Shown here piece by piece: positions 26,880 to 35,885 of a DNA stretch of 35,949 nucleotides. A model generated the notes under the pieces. The model did no database searches, was not told the origin of the DNA, and was given only the letters and a program-made list of their open reading frames with translations. Within the stretch, counting starts at the first letter, position 1. Each line of letters begins with the position of its first letter. The DNA is from Pseudoxanthomonas sp. (GTDB taxonomy: Bacteria; Pseudomonadota; Gammaproteobacteria; Xanthomonadales; Xanthomonadaceae): positions 1 to 35,949 of the forward strand of contig JBQGEI010000002.1 in NCBI GenBank assembly GCA_052039535.1. Reading direction: 5' to 3'. The position numbers and the translations under genes were made by a program.

Positions 26880-29297
26880 TCAGGGTTGCGCCGGGTTCGC
26901 CGGCAGCCAAAGCTCGATCATGGTGCCCGCGCCGGGCGCGCTGTCGATGTGAAGACAGCCGCCCAGCTGCAGGGCCAGGCCGTGCGCCATCGGCAGGCCC
27001 AGGCCGGTGCCCTTGCCCACGCCCTTGGTCGAGAAGAACGGCTCCACGGCCCGGGAGCGGGTGCCCTCGTCCATCCCCACGCCGGTGTCTGTGACGGTGA
27101 TCACGGCATAGCGTCCCGGTCGCAGGGTGCTGGCGGCCACGCCCTCGACGACCTCCGCGCCGCGCGCTGCCAGGGTCAGGGTGCCGCCCTCGGGCATGGC
27201 ATCGCGCGCGTTGACCCCGAGATTGAGCAGGGCCATCTCCAGTTGGTTGCCGTCGGCACGGGCGTGCGGGGTGCCCGGATCGGCCTGCACCACCACGCGC
27301 ACCCGCGGGTCGAAACTGGCGCGCATCAGCGCGCCCAGGCCATCCAGCAGCGCGCCCACGTCCACTTCGGCGGTCTGCAGCGGTTGCTTGCGGGCGAATG
27401 CCAGCAGGCGTTGCACCAGGGTGGCGGCGCGCTGGGCCGACTGCTGGGCCACGGCCACGGTCCGGTGGCGACGCTCCGGGTTGCTGTGCGGGTCGGCCGC
27501 CAGGTCCAGCGCGGCCATGATCGGGGCCAGCAGGTTGTTGAAGTCGTGGGCCACGCCGCCGGTGAGCTGGCCCATCGCCTCCAGCTTCTGCGACTGGCGA
27601 AGCGCCTGCTCGGCGTGGCGCCGGCGGGTGATGTCGATCGCTTCCTGGACCACCCCGCTGATGTGGCCGTCGGCACCGCGGAAGGGTCGCAGTGACAACT
27701 CCAGCACGCGGGGACCGCCCGGCAGTTCCAGCTCCACCTCGTCGTGCGCCACCTCGCCGGCGGCCGCACGCATGAACTGGCGGTGGATGCGTTCGGGCAT
27801 CCCCGGCGTGCCTGTAAACCAGGGCGTGTCCCAGAAGGCCATTCCGACCACATGCTCGCGGCTGGCCTTGATCATGGCCAACGCGGTCTGGTTGGCATCC
27901 ATCAGGGTGCCGTCCAGCGCGCACATGCCCTGCAGCTGGAAGCTGGTCTCGAACAGGTTGCGCAGCTGTGCCTGGGAGTCGGCCAACGCCGCGACCGCGG
28001 CCCGGTGGGCGGTCACGTCGCGCGCGCTGCAGTAGAAGCGGCCATCCTGCGGCGTGGCCACCCACGAGAGCGTTCGGTAGCTGCCGTCACGGGCGCGCAG
28101 CCGGCACTCGTATCCCAGTAGTGGCTCGCCGGCATGCAGCCGGACGCGCATCTTCGCTGCGTCCTCCACGTCCTCCGGATGCAGCAGTTCGCGCAGGGGC
28201 CGGGCAGCGAGCTCCTCCGAGGTCCAGCCCAGAACCCGCTGCCAGGCCGGGTTGCTGCGCTCCATGAGGCCATCGACGGTCATCACGCCGAGCATGTCCG
28301 GAGTGACCAGCCAGGTCAGCGAGCGCTCCTGGGCCTGTTCGGCCACCCGGCGTTCCAGGTCCCGGTTGAGCTCCTCCAGCTCGGCCTCACGCTGGCGCAG
28401 CGCCTGCTCGTTGCGGGTGCGATCGGTGTTGTCCATGCCGACCACGAAGATGCCGCCGGTCCGGCCATCCAGGTCGACCACCGGCTGGAACATGAAGTCC
28501 AGGTAGTGGCCCCTGGCGGGCCGGCCGTTCCCGGGCTCGACCACGTAGTACGCATCCTGCGCCGAATGCGATCTGCCGCTGCGGTACACCTCGTCGAGGA
28601 CATCGATCCAGCCCTGGCGCCCGGCCTCGGGCAGGCAATCGGCCACCGTCCGGCCGACGATGTGCTCGCGTCCCACCAGTTCCAGGTAGGCGGCATTGGC
28701 GAATTCGAAGCGGTGCTCCGGGCCACGCAGCATGGCCATGAACACCGGCGCCTGGTCGAACATGCTCGCCAGCCGGCTTCGCTCCTCCGACAGGCGTCGC
28801 TCGGTCAGTACCCGGCGTGTGGTCTCGTGGGTGATGCACAGCATCGCCACGACCTGGCCATCGCCCTGGCGCACGGGAACGTAGGTGAAGGTCCACCACG
28901 TGTCCTCGGGGGCACCGTTGCGCTCCACCCGCAGGTGCATGTCCTCCACCCAGGTCGCGGTGCCGGACATCGCGGTCTCGGCCATGCCGCGGACGTCTTC
29001 CCACAGCTCATGCCAGACATCGCGCAGCGGTCGGCCCAGCGCGGTCGGTTCCTTGACCCCCAGCACCGGGATGTAGGCATCGTTGTAGAACAGCAGCAGG
29101 TCCGGGCCCCAGCCCACGCACATCGCGAAGCGCGAGCCGAGCATGATCGACAGGCTGGTCTTCAGTTCCGCCGGCCACTGGTCCGGCGGCCCCAGCGGGT
29201 GTCCGGACCAGTCGTGGGATGCCACGCGCCGGGCCATGTATCCGCCCGCCCGGAGGAACTCGGTGCCCGGAGCGAGGGCTTGGTCGGGATGCGTCAT
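26880..29297 (-). CDS. Cytoplasmic multi-PAS sensor histidine kinase
   Basis: N-terminal DWS.HPLG...WP region, several PAS/PAC domains, H-box [36 protein letters not shown]; no TM segment. Confidence 0.93.
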   Translation of the reverse strand: MTHPDQALAPGTEFLRAGGYMARRVASHDWSGHPLGPPDQWPAELKTSLSIMLGSRFAMCVGWGPDLLLFYNDAYIPVLGVKEPTALGRPLRDVWHELWEDVRGMAETAMSGTATWVEDMHLRVERNGAPEDTWWTFTYVPVRQGDGQVVAMLCITHETTRRVLTERRLSEERSRLASMFDQAPVFMAMLRGPEHRFEFANAAYLELVGREHIVGRTVADCLPEAGRQGWIDVLDEVYRSGRSHSAQDAYYVVEPGNGRPARGHYLDFMFQPVVDLDGRTGGIFVVGMDNTDRTRNEQALRQREAELEELNRDLERRVAEQAQERSLTWLVTPDMLGVMTVDGLMERSNPAWQRVLGWTSEELAARPLRELLHPEDVEDAAKMRVRLHAGEPLLGYECRLRARDGSYRTLSWVATPQDGRFYCSARDVTAHRAAVAALADSQAQLRNLFETSFQLQGMCALDGTLMDANQTALAMIKASREHVVGMAFWDTPWFTGTPGMPERIHRQFMRAAAGEVAHDEVELELPGGPRVLELSLRPFRGADGHISGVVQEAIDITRRRHAEQALRQSQKLEAMGQLTGGVAHDFNNLLAPIMAALDLAADPHSNPERRHRTVAVAQQSAQRAATLVQRLLAFARKQPLQTAEVDVGALLDGLGALMRASFDPRVRVVVQADPGTPHARADGNQLEMALLNLGVNARDAMPEGGTLTLAARGAEVVEGVAASTLRPGRYAVITVTDTGVGMDEGTRSRAVEPFFSTKGVGKGTGLGLPMAHGLALQLGGCLHIDSAPGAGTMIELWLPANPAQP

Positions 29298-29325
29298 GCG
29301 TCGCAGAGGAAGGAAACCGGGCGTG

Positions 29326-29357
29326 ATGCTCGCACACGTCCGTGCGGCGCGGATGAA
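29326..29357 (-). promoter_or_regulatory. Shared promoter motif variant TTCAT-N6-CGCAC-N10-GAGCAT
   Basis: Upstream of the kinase ATG at 29297; spacer 10 rather than 11. Confidence 0.4.
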
Positions 29358-29462
29358 AGCGGGGCGGCGGGCGCCGGCTGGCCGCTGTCCGGTGGATCGC
29401 GTCACGGGAACCTGGGGCCGGTGTGACGGTCTGCAGCACATCCCTTTCCGTGGAAAACCGGC

Positions 29463-30434
29463 TTGCGCGACTCCGCCGCGACGCGGCTCCTGCCCCATGC
29501 CGTCGCCGCTACCGCCACGGTAACTATCCTTGCCCTCGGGGCGGGGATGCTGCTGTGGACGCCGCCGGTGGAGCCGCGCGCGGCCAGCGAAGGCCTCCGC
29601 GTTCAGCTGCGGCTGCTGCCGCGCCGGGAGGTGGAGCTGCTGCCGGCACCGGCAGCCCCACAGGCCGCGGTGACCGAGGCCGCCGCCCGCGTTGCGCCTG
29701 CCGCGGGCGACCCGCTTCGGGCCGGCACGCCGGCATCGGCCGCTGCCAGCCCCGTTCCCGCGTCCGGAGGATCGGTCCGTGCCGACGCACCCGGGTCAGG
29801 CGTGGCCGCTGCCACGCTGTATGACGACCAGGGCCGCATCCGGCTGCCGTCCGGTTCGGAACAGGCGGCGTCCCTGCCCGACCCGATGCGGCGGGACAAC
29901 CCGGTGGACTACCGCGGCACGCGCTTCGAACAGGCATGGGCCTCCGACGGCGACCTTGGCGAGGCGGCCGCGCAGTCGATCGCGCGTGGCCAGCGCAAGG
30001 TGGCCGAACTGCTGCTGGGCAAGGACATCCAGCATGCGCGGGCACGCCCGGCGCCGGAGGTGCGATTCAACCCGGCGCGCCACGAACGGCCGTCGGACCT
30101 GGGCAGCGAGGCGACCGGCGACGCCTGGCGGGCGGCCCCGATCAGCGCCGAGCCGGTCCCCGGGCTCGATGGACGCGCCAGTCGCAGCATCCGCGAGGAG
30201 GTCGCCGCGCTCGAGCGCGGGTACGCGCGCTGTCCGCGGGCGCGGATGGAACAGCTGATGGTGCCGGTGCGACGCGCGCTGGAGGAGCTGCAGGCGGCAG
30301 AGCACGCGCTGGCCAAGGGCGCCGACCCGGTACGGGCGCGGCACCAGCTGCCCAACGCCGCCAACAGCGCCTGGGACCAGGCGCGGCGCGGGCTCTGGTA
30401 CGCCAGGCAGCAGCTGTCCGGATGCGGCGGCTAG
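29463..30434 (+). CDS. Hypothetical membrane-anchored protein
   Basis: N-terminal hydrophobic stretch, A/P-rich linker, LYDDQGRIRLP and DYRGTRFEQAW segments, helical C-terminus with two Cys; start uncertain (TTG 29463 or ATG 29547). Confidence 0.65.
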   Translation: MRDSAATRLLPHAVAATATVTILALGAGMLLWTPPVEPRAASEGLRVQLRLLPRREVELLPAPAAPQAAVTEAAARVAPAAGDPLRAGTPASAAASPVPASGGSVRADAPGSGVAAATLYDDQGRIRLPSGSEQAASLPDPMRRDNPVDYRGTRFEQAWASDGDLGEAAAQSIARGQRKVAELLLGKDIQHARARPAPEVRFNPARHERPSDLGSEATGDAWRAAPISAEPVPGLDGRASRSIREEVAALERGYARCPRARMEQLMVPVRRALEELQAAEHALAKGADPVRARHQLPNAANSAWDQARRGLWYARQQLSGCGG

Positions 30435-30450
30435 CGACGCGCCGCGGTGC

Positions 30451-30693
30451 TCACGCCTGGGGCAGGAAGAACGGCTCGACCACGCCCCTGATCTTCATCG
30501 TCATCGGGTTGCCGCGGCGGTCGCGCGAGCGGCCCACCTGCACGCGGATCCAGCCTTCGCTGACCGAGTACTCCTCGACGTTGTCGCGTTCCTGCCCGTT
30601 GAAGCGGATGCCCACGCCGCGTTCGAGCAGGGCGGCATCGTGGAAGGGGCTGCGCGGATCAAGCGAGAGGCGGTCGGGAAGGGTGTCGGTCAT
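30451..30693 (-). CDS. DUF3297 family protein
   Basis: PDRLS.DPRSPF, GVGIRFNG.ER.NVEEY.VSEGWIRV, G.VEPFF. Confidence 0.88.
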   Translation of the reverse strand: MTDTLPDRLSLDPRSPFHDAALLERGVGIRFNGQERDNVEEYSVSEGWIRVQVGRSRDRRGNPMTMKIRGVVEPFFLPQA

Positions 30694-30802
30694 CGTGGGG
30701 ATTTCGCATGCATGCCGGAGCCGCCGGCGCGGTGCGCGAAGGATACCGTGCCCGCCGGCGCGCGGACCCGGCCCCCAAGGCATGCTGCGCCAGGCCGCGC
30801 CG

Positions 30803-30835
30803 CGCACGGCAGGTTGACCGCGGCGGTGGGAGCCT
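30803..30835 (+). promoter_or_regulatory. Shared promoter motif CGCAC-N6-TTGAC-N11-GAGCCT
   Basis: Exact geometry match, upstream of the PA2169-like gene. Confidence 0.55.
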
Positions 30836-30876
30836 GCGCCGGTCCTGCCGGCCTGGGGCCGGCGCAGGAGCCCGCC

Positions 30877-31326
30877 ATGCGGCCGGCACGTCGCATCGCG
30901 TCCTGCCTCGCCGACCTGATCGCCGTCGCCCGCGATGGCTACGCCTTCTGCGTCGAGGCCTCCACGTGCGTGCCCGATCCGGCGCAGGCGGCACTGTTCG
31001 GCCGCATGGCGCGCTCACGGGTGGACGTGGCGGCGCAGCTGGGCACGCGGGTGCTGGCTTCCGGTGGACGGCCGGACATCGGTGGCACCCTGGTGGGGCG
31101 CATGCCTGCGCTGTAGGCGCGCCTGCGCGCCAGCCTGGGCGACCCGCGCCAGGCCTGGGTCGCAGAACTGGAGCAGGCCGAGGACCGCCTGCTGCAGGCC
31201 TTCGGCGCGCTGATCGACGATCCGCGCACGCCCGAGCAGGCGCGCGTGGTCGCCGTGGCGCTGCTGCCGGAAGTGAAGGCGCGCCACGACGTCATGCACG
31301 CGCACAGGCGCGCCCCGGCCGGCTGA
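30877..31326 (+). pseudogene. PA2169/DUF2383-family ferritin-like four-helix bundle gene interrupted by an in-frame TAG (31114-31116)
   Basis: AGGAG RBS; L.DLI...RDG..F, GG.P...GTLVG, then TAG, then in-frame ARLRASLGD...ELEQAEDRLL.AF...HDVM to TGA 31326. Confidence 0.8.
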
Positions 31327-31391
31327 GGCGGGTGCGGCCGCGTATCATGCGCCTCCCGCGGCACGCCCCTGCCGCCGCAACGGAGACACCC

Positions 31392-31952
31392 ATGGCGCTC
31401 AAGGCCACCGTGGTCCGCGTGGACCTGCAGATCAGCGACATGGATCGCCATTACTACGCCAGCCATTCGCTGACCCTGGCCCAGCACCCGTCGGAAACCG
31501 ACGAGCGGCTGATGGTGCGGGTGCTGGCGTTCGCGCTGTATGCCCGCGAACGGCTCGAGTTCGGCCGTGGCCTGAGCAACGACGAGGACCCGGACCTGTG
31601 GCTGCGTGACTACACCGGCGACGTGGAGCTGTGGATCGACCTAGGCCAGCCGGACGAGTCGCGCGTGCGCAAGGCCTGCGGCCGCGCCCGCCAGGTGGTG
31701 GTGGTCAACTACGGCGGCCGCGCGGCCGACCTGTGGTGGGAGCGCAACGGCAGCGCGCTGGCGCGCCACCGCAACCTCACCGTTCTGGACCTGCCGGCCG
31801 CGGCGCTGGAGCCGCTGGTGGCGATGTACGCGCGCGGCATGCGCCTGGACGTGCAGGTCCAGGACGGCGAGGTGCGGGTGCTGGACGAGCGCGGCGCCGA
31901 GGCGGTGCTGCAGCCCGGGGCACGGATGTCGGCGCAGCCGGTCCGGGACTGA
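31392..31952 (+). CDS. yaeQ: YaeQ family protein
   Basis: MALKAT, DMDRHYY, AQHPSETDERLMVR, GLS..EDPDLW, LWIDLGQPDE; GGAG RBS. Confidence 0.95.
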   Translation: MALKATVVRVDLQISDMDRHYYASHSLTLAQHPSETDERLMVRVLAFALYARERLEFGRGLSNDEDPDLWLRDYTGDVELWIDLGQPDESRVRKACGRARQVVVVNYGGRAADLWWERNGSALARHRNLTVLDLPAAALEPLVAMYARGMRLDVQVQDGEVRVLDERGAEAVLQPGARMSAQPVRD

Positions 31953-33157
31953 TGGACGGCGCCACCGCCGGCTACGACGCGATCGTCATCGGCGCCGGCG
32001 CGGCCGGCCTGATGTGCGCGCTCACCGCCGGCCAGCGCGGCCTGCGGGTGCTGCTGGTCGAGCATGCCAACCGCCCAGGCAAGAAGATCCTGATGTCCGG
32101 CGGCGGGCGCTGCAACTTCACCAACACCGGCACCACGCCGGCCCACTACCTCTCGGCGAATCCGCACTTCTGCAAGTCGGCGCTGGCCCGCTACACGCCG
32201 TGGCAGTTCATCGAGATGGTCGACCGGCACCGCATCGCCTGGCACGAGAAGGCGCCGGGCCAGCTGTTCTGCGACGTTTCCTCCAAGCTCATCGTGAAGA
32301 TGCTGCTGGACGAATGCGCGGCCGCTGGCGTGGAACTGCGCACCAGCTGCACGGTCGAGTCGGTGGAGCAGCCCGATGGCGGCGGCTTCCTGCTGCGCAC
32401 GGGCCAGGGCCGGTTCGCCGCGACGTCGCTGGTGGTGGCCACCGGCGGGCTGTCGATCCCTAGCATGGGCGCCACCGGCTTCGGCTACGAGCTGGCCCGG
32501 CGCTTCGGCCACGAGGTGCTGCCGACCCGCGCCGGCCTGGTGCCGCTGACCCTGTCCGGGCGTCACCAGGAACGCCTGGCCGACCTTTCCGGCGTGGCCC
32601 TGGAAGTGGAAGCCTCCTGCAACGGCCGCAGCTTCCGCGAGGCGATGCTGTTCACCCACCGCGGCGTCAGCGGCCCGGCGATCCTGCAGATCTCCTCCTA
32701 CTGGCAGCCTGGCGAGGAGTTGCGGCTGGACCTGCTGCCCGGGCGCGACGCGCTGGAGTGGCTGCGCATGCAGCAGAAGCAGCGCCCGGACGCGGAACTG
32801 AAGACGGTGCTGGCCGAGGTGCTGCCGCGCCGCTTCGCCCAGCGCCTGTGCGAGCTGTGGCTGCCCAACCGGCCGATGCGCCAGCTCGACCCGCCCCAGC
32901 TGCACCAGGCCGCGCAGCTGCTGTCGGCCTGGCCGCTGGTGGCCAGTGGCACCGAGGGCTACCGCACTGCGGAAGTCACCCTCGGCGGCGTGGACACGCG
33001 CGATGTGTCCTCCAGCACGATGGCCTCGCGCATCGTGCCCGGGCTGCATTTCATCGGCGAGGTGCTGGACGTGACCGGCTGGTTGGGCGGCTACAACTTC
33101 CAGTGGGCCTGGGCTTCGGGCCACGCCGCCGGACAGGCGCTGACGGGCGGATCCTGA
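31952..33157 (+). CDS. yhiN: HI0933/YhiN family NAD(P)/FAD-dependent oxidoreductase
   Basis: IGAGAAG, GKKILMSGGGRCNFTN, ATGGLSIP, LFTHRGVSGP, VTLGGV, GWLGGYNFQWAW; TGATG overlap with yaeQ. Confidence 0.93.
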   Translation: MDGATAGYDAIVIGAGAAGLMCALTAGQRGLRVLLVEHANRPGKKILMSGGGRCNFTNTGTTPAHYLSANPHFCKSALARYTPWQFIEMVDRHRIAWHEKAPGQLFCDVSSKLIVKMLLDECAAAGVELRTSCTVESVEQPDGGGFLLRTGQGRFAATSLVVATGGLSIPSMGATGFGYELARRFGHEVLPTRAGLVPLTLSGRHQERLADLSGVALEVEASCNGRSFREAMLFTHRGVSGPAILQISSYWQPGEELRLDLLPGRDALEWLRMQQKQRPDAELKTVLAEVLPRRFAQRLCELWLPNRPMRQLDPPQLHQAAQLLSAWPLVASGTEGYRTAEVTLGGVDTRDVSSSTMASRIVPGLHFIGEVLDVTGWLGGYNFQWAWASGHAAGQALTGGS

Positions 33158-33191
33158 AACGTTCAAGCGCGCGCGGCGTCTGGCCCGCGCT

Positions 33192-33224
33192 TTCACCGGC
33201 GGGCGACGGGCCCACTGGGAACCT
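33192..33224 (+). promoter_or_regulatory. Shared promoter motif TTCAC-N6-GCGAC-N11-GAACCT
   Basis: Exact geometry match. Confidence 0.55.
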
Positions 33225-33284
33225 TCGCGCCAGGGGATGGACCTGGCGGGCCGGGGAGGTACGCCGGAAACAGGAAAGGCCACG

Positions 33285-33590
33285 ATGCTCCAGGTACAAC
33301 CGCCGGCACGCCAGGCGGTCATGATCGACATCGACCGCGAGCGCGACTACTGGCGCCACCACTACCAGTCGCTGCCGCGGGCCCGGGCGATGCGCAGCTT
33401 TGCCCGCTACTGGCCGGTGCTGTGCGCCGCGTATGACGTCTACCTCAACCACCCGCGCGCCGGTGCCGAGGCCGGGCTGGCGCTGTACCTGCAGCGCGAG
33501 GGCGTGGCCCTGAGCCTGCTCAACGGGCACGAAGCCTCCCAGGTGTTCGCGCAGGTGTGGGAACGGATCCGGGACGCGACCTCTCCCTGA
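33285..33590 (+). CDS. Small hypothetical protein; single copy of the E-xx-YWR-xx-Y domain also seen in 5197-5970
   Basis: AGGA RBS; IDIDRERDYWRHHYQSLP...AQVWER. Confidence 0.8.
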   Translation: MLQVQPPARQAVMIDIDRERDYWRHHYQSLPRARAMRSFARYWPVLCAAYDVYLNHPRAGAEAGLALYLQREGVALSLLNGHEASQVFAQVWERIRDATSP

Positions 33591-33747
33591 ACCACCCGCG
33601 CCGCGGGCGCGGCGTCTGCGGCGCTGCGCTCCGGGCGCCGGATCCGGGGTTCCGGTCGGCGCTTCCGGCCTCCGGTCGCATGCCCCGTCCATCGGCCCCA
33701 CGCGCTCGCTATCCTCGGCCGCAACTTCCTGCCGTGCCGGGTGTCCC

Positions 33748-35085
33748 GTGTCCTCCAGCCTGTTCCTTGTCCTGCGCATCCTGTTCGCCTGGGCGCTGGC
33801 GGTGATCGTCGCCGGCTTCGTCTGGGCCGGCCTGTTCGGCGGCATCGGCGGGGTGTTCGGGCTGCTGGCCCTGCTGACCATGGCGCTGGCGCTGCTTGGC
33901 GTGGCCACCCACCTGCGGCGCGTGCAGCTGCTGGCCGGGCGCCTGGACGCGGCGGTGCTGGCCAACCGCCAGCAGCGCCGGATCGAGCTGCCGATGGAAG
34001 CCGACGCGGCATGCGACCTGGTCGCCGATGCGCTGCGCCAGCTGCCGCGGGTGGAAGACGTGGAACTGCAGCGTGGCAGCCTGCAGGCGCGCGCGCGGGT
34101 ACGACGTTCCGATCCGTTCGGCGGTGCCCAGCCCTCGCGCTGGAACCTGCTGGCGCGCCTGGCGGTCACCCACGACCGGGTACTGGCCACCGTCCACCCG
34201 GGCTCGGGGACCGTGGGGGTCACCCTGCTGTGCGAGCCGGACGCGCCCCACTGGGTGGACCTGTTCGCGCTGGACGAGGGCAGCAATTACGACAACGCCG
34301 AGGGCGTGCTGCGGGCACTGTCGCGCCAGGTCGCGGCGCAGCGGCGCGAGGAGCAGGCCCGGGCCGAGCGCGACGCCACCGACAACGCCCTCACCGTGGC
34401 CCGCCTGAACCTGCTGCAGGCGCAGGTCGAGCCGCACTTCCTCTACAACACCCTGGCCAACGCCCAGGTGCTGGCGCGCACCGACCCGCCGCGCGCCGAG
34501 CAGATGATCGGACACCTGATCCAGTACCTGCGCCATTCGCTGCCGCGCGAGCACGACACCCTGGCCACCCTCGGCGAAGAGCTGGAGCGCACCCGGGCCT
34601 ACCTGGAGATCCTCAAGATCCGCATGGGCGCGCGGCTGGCGTTGCAGGTCGAGGTTCCCGATGCGCTCAAGGCGGTGACCCTGCCGTCGATGATGCTGCA
34701 GACCCTCGTGGAGAACGCGATCAAGCACGGGCTGGAGCCCAAGCCCGGCGGCGGCACGGTGTGGATCATGGCGCGCCGCTTAGATGACCAGGTCACCGTC
34801 ACCGTGGCCGACGACGGCTGCGGCTTCGGCAACGGCGACAGCGCCGGCACCGGCATCGGCCTGAAGAACGTGCGCGAACGCCTGCGCCTGACCTATGGCG
34901 AGGCGGCCTCGTTCTCGCTGGTGTCCAACTTCCCCAGCGGCGTGGCCGCCACCGTCTCGCTGCCGGCGCCGCAGGCCGAGGCCAGGCGCCCGTCCGGTCC
35001 ACCGCCGGTGCCGGTCGCGCCGGTCCACGCCAGTGGTGCGGGGGCGCCCGGGGCGGCGGTCGACGGAGGTGCCACCCATGCCTGA
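33748..35085 (+). CDS. LytS/YehU-type sensor histidine kinase
   Basis: N-terminal TM segments; LQAQVEPHFLYNTL, TLGEEL, LQTLVENAIKHG, DDGCG, GIGLKNVRERL. Confidence 0.93.
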   Translation: MSSSLFLVLRILFAWALAVIVAGFVWAGLFGGIGGVFGLLALLTMALALLGVATHLRRVQLLAGRLDAAVLANRQQRRIELPMEADAACDLVADALRQLPRVEDVELQRGSLQARARVRRSDPFGGAQPSRWNLLARLAVTHDRVLATVHPGSGTVGVTLLCEPDAPHWVDLFALDEGSNYDNAEGVLRALSRQVAAQRREEQARAERDATDNALTVARLNLLQAQVEPHFLYNTLANAQVLARTDPPRAEQMIGHLIQYLRHSLPREHDTLATLGEELERTRAYLEILKIRMGARLALQVEVPDALKAVTLPSMMLQTLVENAIKHGLEPKPGGGTVWIMARRLDDQVTVTVADDGCGFGNGDSAGTGIGLKNVRERLRLTYGEAASFSLVSNFPSGVAATVSLPAPQAEARRPSGPPPVPVAPVHASGAGAPGAAVDGGATHA

Positions 35086-35842
35086 CTGCATCGTTGCCGA
35101 AGACGAAGAGCTGCTGCGCACCTCGCTGCTGCTGCAGCTGGGCGAGGCCTGGCCGGAACTGCGGGTGGTGGCCGAATGCGAGGACGGTGCCAGCGCGCTG
35201 GAAGCCATCGCCACCCACCAGCCGGACGTGGCGTTCCTGGACATCCGCATGCCCGGGCTGACCGGGATCCAGGTCGCGGCGGCACTGGCCCAGGCCAGCC
35301 CGCGCACCCGCGTGGTGTTCGTCACCGCCTATGACCAGTACGCCATCGAGGCCTTCGAGAAGGGCGCGGTGGACTACCTGCTCAAGCCGGTGACCAGCGA
35401 GCGCCTTCGGGCCACCGTGCAGCGGCTCAAGGCGCGCGGCGGCGGCCCGGACCAGGCCACCCTGGACGCGCTGCTGCAGCACCTGGCGCAGCGGCCCCCG
35501 TCGCCGTCGGCCCCGCCGCCGCTGGCGTGGATCACCGCCAACAGCGGCCGCGAGACCCGGCTGATCATGCTCGAGGACGTGGCCTATTTCCGTGCCGACA
35601 GCAAGTACACGGTGGTGGTCACCGCCGAGGGCGAGTCGCTGCTGCGCACGCCGCTGAAGGAGCTGCTGGCGGTGCTCGATCCCAACCGCTTCCGCCAGGT
35701 CCACCGTTCGACCATCGTGAACCTCGCGGCGGTCGCCTCGGTCGTGCGCGATGACAGCGGCAAGGGACAGCTGCGGCTGCGCCAGCGCAGCGAGACCCTG
35801 CCGGTCAGCGCGCCGTTCATGGCCCTGTTCCGCGGCATGTAG
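35078..35842 (+). CDS. LytTR family DNA-binding response regulator
   Basis: AEDE, FLDIRMPG, FVTAYDQYA, DYLLKP, FRQVHRSTIVN, LPVS; GGAGG RBS; overlaps the kinase stop. Confidence 0.95.
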   Translation: MPDCIVAEDEELLRTSLLLQLGEAWPELRVVAECEDGASALEAIATHQPDVAFLDIRMPGLTGIQVAAALAQASPRTRVVFVTAYDQYAIEAFEKGAVDYLLKPVTSERLRATVQRLKARGGGPDQATLDALLQHLAQRPPSPSAPPPLAWITANSGRETRLIMLEDVAYFRADSKYTVVVTAEGESLLRTPLKELLAVLDPNRFRQVHRSTIVNLAAVASVVRDDSGKGQLRLRQRSETLPVSAPFMALFRGM

Positions 35843-35885
35843 GCCGCGGCCACCCTCCGTCCAACCCGCCACCCCGGGGTGTCCC

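Noticed and set aside
31114-31116. Amber codon as evidence of genetic-code reassignment or pyrrolysine
   Set aside because: TAG is a normal stop in other genes here (e.g. 358-360, 30432-30434, 35840-35842); no pyl genes in the window
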